DNA of 64,000 nt from Macrostomum lignano (lineage: Eukaryota): the NCBI GenBank assembly GCA_002269645.1, contig NIVC01001474.1, positions 218,875 to 282,874 on the forward strand. The letters run 5' to 3'. Below are positions 50,503 through 62,100 of this stretch, in pieces (position 1 is the stretch's first letter; each line of letters opens with the position of its first letter). The notes under the pieces were generated by a model. The model saw nothing but the letters and a program-made list of their open reading frames with translations. It was not told the origin of the DNA and did not search any database. The position numbers were made by a program, and so were the translations under genes.

Positions 50503-53500
50503 TTAACACCTGGAGGCGTGCCTCAGATCGAAGTACATCCTGTTGAACTGCTCCCAGAACAGCTTGCGCAGCTCGAAACGGCGCAGTTTGCCAGAGGAGG
50601 TCAGCAGGCTGTTGTCGGAGGAGAATGGCGTCGGATAGAGCAGAATGTCTTTCACCTGGAGAATCCGGGGTTAGAAGTGTCTTCTTTTGCGTAGAACTCT
50701 CTTGGCTCTATACTTTTACGTAGATTATTAAGTAGCCGGTATCGCATAAAGTGACTGATTGATGTCTTCGTTGAGTCGATGGTTGAGTTGGTCAAGTCGA
50801 TCAATTGACCACGAGACAGCTGGGCGCCCGCTAAGGGACAGTGGCGCCCGACTAAGATACAGGGGCGCCCACCAAGAGACTGGCGCCCGATTAAGATACA
50901 GGGGCGCCCACCATGAGACGGCCGCGCCCACCAAGAGACAGGGGCGCCCTCCAAGAGACAGGGGCGCCAACCAAAAGACAGGGGCGCCCACTAAGAGACA
51001 GGGGCGCCAACCAAAAGACAGGGGCGCCCGCCAAAAGACAGGGGCGCCAACCAAGAGACTGGTAATTGTGATGTTTCGAGCTTGTGAAGCACCCTGCTTA
51101 CACATACATGTACACAGCAGTGGTACATGTGCCACTTAAAACCCAAATCACAAGCCAGTATACTCTATGCAAAGCACTGCACCTGTTCGAACGGTCTCAG
51201 CCTGGCAGCTCTCCCAGCATCAAGCATCTGCCTCAGAACGGCTGCTTTGAAGTCTTCATTGCAACAGACGGCCTCCATGCTGAGTGCATCGACAGCAGCA
51301 ACAGCTGTAGCTGACGCACAGTGTTGGAGATTTGCTACGCTATTCATTGCTGCCGAATGTCTCCGAGCGCTGAACCAAGCTATGATGGCGCTTCTCTGGG
51401 GCACCACAACTGCCAGGGTGCCGCGTTCTTCTGCGTCGCCATCGACGTAGACCTGACGGACTAAGCTGCAGGTTGAGTACACCTGAGTATGGTAAAGGAT
51501 TTTGATTATTGTTTTGATGGGGGACTTAGTGTTCGATTAGTTAATCAGCTTTGTCTTCTATAATGAATTTTGCCGTGACAAAAGTGAGTAAAGCTCTTTC
51601 AAATCCGGTTTTGAAACTGACACAAATTTAATCCTTCGTTTGAAATATCAAATACAAAAAAGAAAAAAACTTTTGCTCTGCTTTCGATGAAGCAGGTAGG
51701 CCGCGGCTGTTGTGGGCACCCCTGGCGCAACTTCGCGGTGACATCGTCCCACAACCGGCTACCTTATCCTACAAGTCTGCTCGTTCCGCTGATTCCTGAG
51801 AACATACAAGCGCGCCGATACTGTGCACACGCACGCACTCATGCACACGCTCACACAGACTTTTTAATCCTCAAGCATGTACACTCTCTGTTCCTTGGGG
51901 GTTGGTCCTCATGGATGGGAAGCCCCACACGCCCCAAATGAATGTGGCCATGACACGGAATCAAACCACGGGGTCGCGGCGCGAGAGTCAGACACGGTCC
52001 ACTGGCTGAGCCGCCCTTTCTCCGACTGTTTTGTTGAGTTACGCGTAGTTTTGGATTTTTTAGCTGGTCCGTTTCACCCCCCCCCCCGAATAATGGGGCC
52101 GAGGTTATTGTCATAGCTGATTGTCTGATAGCGTTTGGCAATGGAAAATAATGTATTCAAAGTACAGGAAGTTCGAACGAAAGCATTGATTTGCGCATCT
52201 TCAAGCTCTGGAGTCAATAAGCTTAGCCACGTATAAAAAACAAGATTAATCAGCCATGCTGATGAAATCTTTAGTAATTATCTCTCCTGCTGATGAGTAG
52301 CTTTGCAGGAGAAATATTAATCCCAGTGCCTTTATTCGGCCCTAATCAGCTTAGAGCCTCTGCTTCTAGAATTTAAAATGCGAATTTCATTGGAATTGAA
52401 ACTGTACAGAACTGGCAAGGAAGCGATGATGATGATTGGGGGAAATGATGATGATGATGATGATTGGATAGAAGAGCTTCGCGGGCCACTGCCATGCAGC
52501 TTCCTGTCCGGTAGGATTCTGCTCCTCCGTTGCATAACTTTTGTCACTGCTCTGCTCGCTAGCTTGTTCGTCTGCGACCCATATCTATGTTTTATCGTCT
52601 CATGAAATCTGATGTTTTCTGCTGATCCAGCCGCGAAAGCCCCGGGTTCAGACCATAGACTATAGCTTCTGCTGCTCTCAAGCATTAGCAGCAGCAGCTG
52701 GTGTCTGTGGCTCTAACCCAGGGGATTTTGGGGCTTCGGTGATGGCCTTTGCCGGATGAGTCACCGTTCAGCAATGCACAAAACCGCGCATGAGTGAATT
52801 TCTGGGCCTAATGCGTTTCGGTGAGATTTTACCACAGACATCCATTCATGCTCGGAAAATCAGCCGAAAATGCTCGGGTGACACACTTGGTAACAATCAA
52901 TCTAGCTGTGTGCACAACTTCCGCGACCAAATTCTTAAACTGGCTGCCCTACAGATCCCCTTTTTGGTCCATAGATCTATAAATAGCAAGTCATCAATAG
53001 TGTATACATGTACAGTCAAAATTCTTACCAACTTTTGCAACAGCACAACAAACTCACCTGTTCCAATTTTTCAGGCGAGATCCACTCCCCGCTGGCCAGA
53101 CGGAACATGTGCCTCCTCCGGTCCACTATGGCCAGTCGGCCGTCCGACAGCCAGTCCGCAACGTCGCCGGTGTCCAGCCACCTGTCCTGCTCGTCAGCGT
53201 TGAAGTCGCGCACTTCATCGAACTGAAGATCGACTGTCTCGGCTTCTCCTTGGTCGGCGTTTGCGGCGACACTCGTGACAGTGGCTACCGACGGTCCGCT
53301 CAGCCAGAGCTCCTGGGGCGACTCACTGACGTCTTCAGCTTCATTGTCTGTCCGCGAACTGGACGCCACAGTCAGTCGGACAGCCAGATGACCCAAGGGT
53401 CGGCCGTCCACCAGACACGGCCCGGACGTTTCCGCCAGCCCGTAGACCGGAAGCACCGGGCAGGCCAGGGCCGCCTCGGAGAACAGCCTCAGCCCGCTTG

Positions 53501-56500
53501 GCAACGGGTCGGCAACCACCAAGGCCAGCCGTAGCCGATCGCCCGTGGCCGCTCGCAGCTCGCCAAAGACGAACCGGTCCCAGAAGCCGGCGTCGCACGA
53601 CCCATTCAATTCGTTTGGCGGACGCTCTCGACTTTCTCGAGCCAGCTGTCTGCCCAAAGCGATATTGTAGACTAGGCCTCTCAAACAGCCTCTGGATCGG
53701 GCTGTCTCGGCCGACCAGCTCTGGAAACCGTTGAGCACGGCTGGTCTTGTAAAAAGCAGCGTTGGCCGCAATTCGCGCATGTCCTGCAGCAGCGACTGCA
53801 CCTGCGCGGCGGTGTCCCCGGCCGCGCTGTGGCAGAACGCGACGCGAACGCCTTGGGAGAAGCAGAGCAGCTGGTGGCTGCGTTCGAATGCTTGAGACAG
53901 CGGCAGGTGGCTCAGGTGGGCGTCCTCGCTGGATGGGAGCAGCGAGCACTGGCGGGGTTGGGTCAGGGAGTTCGGTGGCAATTAGTGATGAGTCATAATA
54001 ACCCCCCAACCCCCGAGGCACAGAGTGTGCATTCCTGACCGTTTTATCTTTATCTTAAATGACAGGCCTTTGCTTTTGCAAGGAAATGCAATTAATAATA
54101 CCTGTAGGCTTTTTAATCAAGAAAAAAGCAAATCTAATCTCCTACCTGGGAGACCGGTAGCTAGCTAGAGAGAAAGAGAAGCTGTAAAAAGAGAGAGGAC
54201 TCACATTTCCCCTGCCAGCCGAGAGGAAGTCGCACATGGCCATCCACTGAGCGATGAGGTTGCCATGAGTCAGGCGCACCGCCCTTTGAGCACCTGCGGA
54301 GGAACAGATAACCGCGTCGATTAATTGAAAAGGAAAAAAATGTACTCGGGATCAAATATAGGCGCTTTGAGGTTGGCATGGATTGTTAGAAAAATGGGGA
54401 AATATGGAATCTGCTCTTATGGAAATTATTTGGATTACTAAACGGATGCTCAGAAAGGAAAATCCCCAGCTTCACAATGTGCCACATCACAGTAATTAAA
54501 AAATTCATTCCTTTGCAAACATTAAGAGACTCCAGATATTTTAGAATTAATCTGGACATTCGAGCGTTGCTTTCAGTAGGCTAATCGATTGCACCTGTTC
54601 TAATAGGCAGATGTGCAACCGACAGCTCAGCCGCAGCTATTGCGCGGCGCATCTGAAGGCTGCGTGCGGCTGTTCAGTCCAAGGACTGGGGGGGGGGGGG
54701 TCGCCACACGCACCCTCAATTACCCCAGCTAATGCTGGCACCCATTTTATAGCTTGGTGAACTGAAGCAATGCAGAGTTGAATGTCTTGCTCAAGAACAC
54801 AAATTGTTTCTAATGGGTCGAGAATCGAACCTCCGACCTTTCAGTCGTGAGTTCGACGCTCTAACCTGCACTAGGCTACAACCCGTAGCCTAAATTATAA
54901 ATTAAAGAATGCTAAATTATTGGTATATGCAGACTAGCACCCCGGACTCTCTTTGGGGGCATGCAGTAAAATTAACCCATGGCCTGGAAAGCATTAATTC
55001 TATAATCTGCTGCATTTCGCACAGCCCAGAAGCCAAAAAGCGCTACAGATTTACATGCGATTGCAGACCAATCTGACTTGGCCAGAGCAGAGCTGTATGC
55101 GAGTTTGACCTTTGCTGTCTCACACCTCGCTGCTGAAAAGACTGCAGGTGTGTTACTACTGAGTGGCGCCCCCTGAGCAGGCAAAGCTAAATTAGTATCT
55201 GAAATCGAATTATTCAATAAACAATTTCCTAAGTTATCCTTTGTCCATCGTAGTCAGGAAGTGCAGAGCGGTGAGTTAGCTAATTAGAACTCTGGCCTTT
55301 GCGGTTACTTGGGTGACCTTTCTGGTGATCAGTTCCACTCCTGCCGCTGCATGAGTCGAGCAGCTGTGAATTTTACCTTCTAATGCGCCTAAGTCTAATG
55401 CGTTCTTCCGAACGCTTTCATAAGTGCCTTTCCGTCTTTAGTCAAAAGCCCTGGTAAACTTATGGATATGGTAGCATCCGTAAAAACTTTTCGCTTCAAT
55501 GTTGAAGGTTTCTCTTGAACTAAAATACTGTGTGAGGAAGAAGAAAAGTAATCAACTGAGGTAAAGAAGTGTCTTGTCCATTTCTGTTACCCAATTCTCT
55601 AGTATATGTATAGAATTTTAAAACAACCGAAAGGTCAAATTACTTAATTTTTAACTTTAAGGCTTCTTCACAACGCCATGGAATCATGTCAAGGATGTAC
55701 AAACCGATGAAAAAATATATACTAGCCGTACTATCATCCAAAAAAACATACTCGAAGGCGTTGAGCCAGCATTTTTTAATTTCACGACATCAGAGTCAGT
55801 GAAGTCACGTTAGGAGAGTCAGTGAAGTCACGTTAGGAGAGTCAGTGAAGTCACGTTAAGAGAGTCAGCGAAGTCACGTAGGAGAGTCAGTGAAGTCACG
55901 AAAAATCGACTCAATCTCGGCGGTCAAAACTCAAGCGCCACTCACCGCAGGTGCCCCCGGTGAAGCAGATGACAGCAGTGTCGTCCCGACCCGGTAATTC
56001 CGGCGTGAGCGGCTCCCTTCGGCCATGTCGCAGCGCCGTCTGCCAGGTGACCACGGGCAGACCATTGACCTCAACATCGTCGGCAACTCCGCCCGCCTCG
56101 CCCAAGCTTCCTCGACGCTCACCATTGCTGAGCACTTCGTCGTCGTCCGCGGCCACGATGACGCATCGGAGGTGTTGGCGAAGCAGCGGTGCTTTGATGG
56201 CGGCCAGCCGCTTCAGCTGCACCTCGGACTGGGTGTCGCACAGCAGCAGAACGACCGCAACGCCGCCAACAGCCAGCAGGGCTCGGTGCAGCTCTGAGAG
56301 ATTCTGCTGGCCGGAGTCCTCTGACTGGTTGGCCTGGCTCACATCGTCGATGGCCACGGGAACGAGGCTGAAGAAGCAGCAGCCGAGCTCCGCGATGGAC
56401 CACTCTGGCCTGCCGCGGTTGGACAGGATGGCCACTCGGTCGCCAGAGGTCAGACGCACCCGACCGCCGCACAGGTAAGACCCGAGGCTGTGCGACTGGG

Positions 56501-56507
56501 TCAGCAC
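50503..56507 (-). CDS. Long-chain acyl-CoA synthetase-like (ACSL family), divergent; exons 55946-56507, 54205-54293, 53058-53948, 51183-51482, 50503-50655; 5' exons unresolved
   Basis: The spliced frame is continuous with matching phases. ACSL-like motifs are RPEWSIAELGC, DDTAVICFTGGT, LTHGN, HLSHLPLSQAFER, WDRFVFGEL, YGLAET, WLDTGDV, IVDRRRHMFRLASGEWISPEKLEQVY and RPFEQVK..DNSLLTSSGKLRR. Candidate upstream exons lie at about 57230-57265, 57962-58025 and 58433-58664. Confidence 0.88.
50810..51060. repeat. 20-bp GGGGCGCC minisatellite, third locus (last intron of the ACSL-like gene)
   Basis: The unit is CCAAGAGACAGGGGCGCC with more degenerate copies. Confidence 0.9.
54601..54884 (-). mobile_element. 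tRNA-derived SINE, copy 3 (intronic in the ACSL-like gene)
   Basis: The reverse complement matches copies 1 and 2 along the head, core and tail. Confidence 0.88.
55792..55900. repeat. 23-bp tandem repeat, about 5 copies (GAGAGTCAGTGAAGTCACGTTAG), next to an ACSL-like splice donor
   Basis: Direct tandem units. Confidence 0.9.
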
Positions 56508-59299
56508 CTGGGGAAAATTTAGATGGGAGTGGCCTCATCTCTGGGATCAGCTGTAACCTTTGATTGCAGCAAAATTGAGACTTGTCGCAACATCGAATAC
56601 TCCAGGGAAGAATGAAGCAATAGAAATAGTAATGATAATATTCCGATACAAGTCGACTGCACTGCATTAGTCATCGTTGGGGCCATTTGTTTATTTGGAA
56701 TAATATTGAATACGTGCGTTGTCCTCAATAAATTTTTAAATAATTAGCTAGTCGATCAGTTAATTTAATATCAATAAATAGTTTATATTTGTTATCTATT
56801 TATGTGTACATAAATACATATCTTTTAATATTTCACTAACTTTGTCTTTTTATATAACAAACTACTTAACTTTCCAAATGAACAAATCTTGCCGACAATG
56901 ATAAATGCAGTCACAAAGCTTTAACAAAATTTAATATTTGGCACTCCTAGTGGAATAGCAACTTCAGTTTATATTACAATATCATTTCGAAAGCAATACT
57001 GAAATAGCAAGCGTTTTCATTTATTAATTATTGTGGTTAAATTCGAGGATATTAAGAAGTATTTAAATTGTTTTCAACTGCTTGGTCTCATATTTGAAAG
57101 CCCAACGGTATTTCCTACAGACCTTGTGCTGTTTCTCTTAGATTAGCATTATGACTGATTTGCCCATATTTTTGGCTATATAAGTACATCTATTCGCACC
57201 TGCTCACTCACTTGGCCTTGGACTCGTGTCCGCATGCAGGCATTCGGCTGTAAATATTTTTCACGAATTGCCGCAGAAAAGCATGACTGGCCGTTTAAGA
57301 AAAGAAAGGATGACTTCAGGAGTTCAGGAGTCTTGAAGCGTTGCTGCTTTTATATTAATTACTGTTAAACTGACGGATGATTTTCACCTCTATTTGAATT
57401 TGTTAGTTTGAGGCTATGAAACTGCGCCCAGAAGGTTTATGAGGCGGACGAGAAGCGATGTGCTGAAATAGGAATTCTAGCTTGAAGAGCTTTAAACATG
57501 CAAGTAATGCTTTGAAACAGCTTTATCCAAATGTAGCCATGCTGAATATCCACCATTTGCGTAAATCTGGTCAACAGCGCTTTTGTAGATTCTGCGAGAT
57601 TTATAAACTAAGCTACTTTGTACTGAATTGAGTGAGCCTTTGATCTTATGCTCAGAGCTTTGCAGCTTTGAATTCATCAACAATCTTTAGTCTTGGATTA
57701 AATATCCTTTAGCTTCATGGCACCTGGGCAAGCCGTTGATCAGATGATTGTCTAACTATACCTGGCTACTCAAGTTGCATGCAGCCGTTGCGTGCAATGT
57801 TGAGCAGGAAATTTTCTAATGCGACTAGCCATAGCCATAGAAACCTAATCTTAGAACTAATTTCTATTGAGAATATTCGCAAACGACTGACTCTCCTGGA
57901 AGCTCAGCATGCTCAAAATTCAAAGCGGCTGCGCAGTCCTTTTTGTGCACGATAAATTCACCTGTTTGATTTGCTAAACATGCCACCCACAGGTTGAGTT
58001 CGCTCAGGCTTTTACAGCGTTTCCTGAAGCTTTTATGAAGGTCAATTTTTTTTATTAAAACGAAAAATAGCACAATTCACAGCACCCACTCTTCTCTCAC
58101 CTCTTGATAGCTCAGCCAGATGAACGGTGACCGAACGTCTTTGCGCCAGCCAAGACACGGTCGGGAGCCAGAAGTTCGAACGCCGCATTTAAACAAATCG
58201 ATAATGTTTTGATGAGGCAAATTTGAAAGTCTTAGCTGAAATTCCTCAGCTCTGCTCTGTAAAAGTAGGTGTTTATGAGGTTTTCAATCAATCCCAGCTG
58301 GTTCGATTATAGGGTCATTCTGATCATTTGAATCTCGTGCACGAAATTCTTCAAAATTTTAACGCTGTGTAAAATGGATGCTTCTCATTTCGATTAAAAT
58401 GAAACAACTTTGAACCATCAGATCGAACTCACAACTGTCTGCTCCTCCCACTGATGCTGGTTGCTAAGACTCGCCGCAGGCTCGGGACCAACCCGGGTGG
58501 TCCTAGCGATGTGCCTACCAACTGTAGCACTTGCAGTTGTGATTCCATTGCTTCTGCCAGACGAGCTAAATTCGGCTTTGCCTGCAGACATTGCAGGATC
58601 TGTGCTGTTTGGCTTTGATGTGGAAGTTGCGGCGTGCTTGTACGGACGGATGCTGGAGCGTCAGCTGGGTTAGAAATCAAATGGGCTTCCTGTAATGGCT
58701 ATGAAGAGATCAGAAGCTCCGCCGAAGCCGTCCTGTTATTTAATTCTCCTCTCACCCACCTAGCTACTAAAATATTTTCCTGTGCACCTGTCTCTCCCAG
58801 TCAGAGACCGTTTTACCTCCCTTCCCGTCTTGGATACGCCTTCCTCTCCCTGCGCCATCGCCCGGTCACTGTGCAAGCCCAGCTGTCTGCAAATCGCGAA
58901 CCACTCGCCCAATGAGAAGAAGCGGCACCTCAGCTTATTGCATGCGTACGCGTACTCATCAGCCAATTGATTGCGTTTAAAGGGATTCGAGATTTTGCCT
59001 CCGCAAAAAATTGTTTCCACAGATACAAAGCGGACAATTATAAAAAATCACGGATTCAATACACAGTATGTATGTACACAGACACGCACTCATACAAGCG
59101 CTCACACAGGGTTGCACAGCGGCCCTTTGACTATCTAATCGTCAGACATGACATGTCCGAAGTCCGACGTCGCTAATCGCTTGCGATTCAACAATTTTAT
59201 TCCCTTACTCCAAACGTTTTTCTTCGGGCTTCCTACTTAAATGGCACTCTGAAGAACTTAATGGTGCTTTTAATGTCCTGTCAGTTGCTCTGCTCTGCA

Positions 59300-59710
59300 G
59301 TAAAGCCACTCCAGTTCCAGCTACTGCAACAACAATACTCGGCGCGCTCATGGCTGCTCCGTGCGGCCTTTTGAGCTGGCGAGAGCGTCAGGACTGAGGC
59401 CCTGTACGATCGGGCCAAGCTGCAGCGCCCGTTCATCATCCTGCGCCGGCGGCGACTTCAAATGGCAGGCCACGTGATCCGGGCCGAGGGCTACTGCCCC
59501 CTACCTGTTCAGGACGTCCTGTTGCTCACCCTGTTCAGGCGGGGTCAGGCCCGAACCCGTCGATACGTGGACTGCCTGCTGTGCGACGCTGGGGCGCCCG
59601 ACACTGCCAAAGGAGCGGATTTCGTTCGTTCCCAGGCTCTGCGGCGCGCCATTTGACGCGCCCTGCTCTAACTGTGACTTTGCATGCGGGTTCGCGTATT
59701 TTGTTGTTTG
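59300..59710 (+). mobile_element. 5'-truncated RTE-like LINE 3' end (copy B)
   Basis: LLRAAF..WRERVRTEALYDRAKLQRPFIILRRRRLQMAGHVIRAE..RRGQARTRRYVDCL, the typical RTE C-terminal RxL.waGHv.R region, followed by a T/TG-rich tail. Confidence 0.8.
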
Positions 59711-60772
59711 TTTATTGTTGTCTTTAAAATGCAAATAAAAAGTGATACAGCACAAATATACTTACTTTATACCACGTTCCTGAGACTTACTTTTTTCGAA
59801 TCATCGTATATTTGGTGACTCTTCCTTTCACAATATCCGCGTAGTCAGAATGTGTTAACCAGACTTTGTCTTTTGGTTAAACAAAAATCATATTTTACAT
59901 GAAAATTCAACTTTCCTATGCTTATAAGAAATTCATAATATTAGACATTGTGTATCATATACGAGCTAAGCTACGTACATTCGGTGCTGAACACTAAGAA
60001 TTACATACAAAACGCACAGATTTATTATAAATGAGATAAGTCTGTCTTTCACGCCACGACTAATGGGTCAATTCATAATTCTGTTGTCAGTGGAATGGGC
60101 TGGTTGTGGGACCGTGTTGCTGAAGGCTTTACCACATGGTGCCCACAACAGCCTTCCTGAGAATATTGAAGTTTTTTAACACCTCTGACTCTCGTGCGAT
60201 ATCTGTCGAATATGGCACTTCCGATTTTTTCATGCTTTTTTGTACGACGAATTCTAGCTTGAAAACTCGATTAAAGTTTGATTAAGTGTCAGATAAGACA
60301 GTTAGAAAACGTAGGTTACTCGCCTAGAGTAAATTTTGCTACTAAAAATACGATTTTCCCTACTATAAGTAAGGCATCGCTTACTGAGAATATTATTTTA
60401 ACTAACAGAAGATACAACGAGTCAATTCTACATAATATGCCAGAATTCTTGCCGAATTCGAAAATATAATTGTTCCCAGAGTTGCTAAGCAGATCTTGAG
60501 AAGTTTGACGAATTGCTAAAATTTTTGTCAAAAGTGAAATTTTGTGTCAAAGTGTCAATCATTTTGTGCCACATCCCTTTTTTTATTTGGTATCTAGTAG
60601 GAGCCTAGCCAATTAGCGGAAAGAATTCTGGCAACTGCAAAGTGGGTAGTTGAAAAATTATTTTTTCCTGTTGGCTCGTTAAATTGGAGGCAAACTGAAA
60701 AAGCGTATCGACTGACGTTCATCCAGAGAAAGGCTGAGTTTCGGCAAACACTTTCTTATTTTGAGTTCGGCA

Positions 60773-62100
60773 ATGCTTCATCCAAGAGTGGACCTGCTGC
60801 TTCTGCCAGCAGTGGCTCTCGTTGCAGCTCTGCCACTGTGCAACGCATCTGATCCACAAATCGAGCTCATGAAGTATTTGAAGAACAACATCACCGACTA
60901 TCACCCGATGGTCTGGCCGAGACTCAACCACACAGAAGTTGTGAACGTCTCTGTAGCCGCCATAGTTAATCAAATTGTGTATGTTGACAGCGCCAGCCAG
61001 AGCTTCAAGATTTCCGGATTGTTATATGCCACCTGGGAGGAGCAGCGCCTGGTGTGGGACCCCTCCAAGTTCGGAGGAGTGTCGGTCGTGGACTGGGACA
61101 GCAGTCTGATCTGGTTCCCCATCATATTCCTGTACAACGGCATCGGCGACAATCAGCTGATGAAGCCCCAGCTTCCCGTATTCCTGACTTCCGTGTCACC
61201 GAATTCCACCATAGTAAGCACTAACTGGAAACGAAACTTTGAGTTCTCCTGCGAGTTCGACATGAGGCAGTTCCCGTTCGATCGGCACACCTGCGATATG
61301 GAGCTCTACATGTACGACATGGGCCGCGGCAATAAGCTGGTCATGCCACATACAGGCGACATGCTCGCACAGGGTCTGCAATACAATGAGCTTTTTACTT
61401 ATGTCGAAAATAGCGAATGGCGATTACTAAATGTGAGCACCTTTGTGCACTTCCGCTATTATAAAATTTTTAAACGACTACCGAAAATTCCGCTGCCGAC
61501 CTACGTGGTACGACTGGAGATCGAGCGCGAGTCCACCTACTACATGCTCAACGTGGTGACTCCCCTGCTGCTGCTTACGCTGCTCCAGGTGCTCGTCTTC
61601 TTCGTGCCCGTCGAGTCCGGAGAGAAGCTGGGCTTCGGCATCACCATCATGCTGAGCTACACGGTGTTCCTGCTGCTGCTGGACGGCCTGCTGCCCAAGT
61701 CGCAGTCGATGCCGGCCGTGGCGTCGTTCATCACGGCGGCCATGGTGCTGTCGACGTCGTCTCTGCTGCTGACGTCGGTGTCGATTCGGTTCCACTTCGC
61801 TGCGGAGTCTCAGCCGATGCCGTCGTGTCTCCGGTCGTGTTCGTGAGCTGCCTGGGCCGCGCGATGCTGTGCGGTGAGAGGCGAGGCGGCGGCAGGACGG
61901 CGCCGGAGAGAGACGCCGACGACTCTGTTGTGAGCAAGGTGGGCGACGAAGATGAGAGCCTTGGAGAGACCTCTGGACAGCCAAGGCGCTCGGACTGGCA
62001 GGTTGCAGCGGTCGCTGTGGAGCGGCTGATGGCCATCATAGGCTGCGTGGCCACCGTCGCCATCTTCTGCGTGTTCCTCGTTCGGCCCTTCGTGCAATGA
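60773..62100 (+). CDS. Intronless pentameric ligand-gated ion channel subunit (nAChR-like, non-alpha, cation-type M2), with a 1-nt frameshift near 61835
   Basis: Signal peptide, WDPSKFGG, IWFP, Cys-loop CEFDMRQFPFDRHTC, M1 YYMLNVVTP and SGEKLGFGITIMLSYTVF (M2), then M3. M4 (AVAVERLMAIIG..) lies in the next frame (ORF 61825-62100). Confidence 0.9.

Noticed and set aside
52270-52320. CTGATGAG..GAAA hammerhead-like motif
   Set aside because: Only one hairpin (CTCCTGC/GCAGGAG) can be formed, and the three-stem junction geometry is not met.
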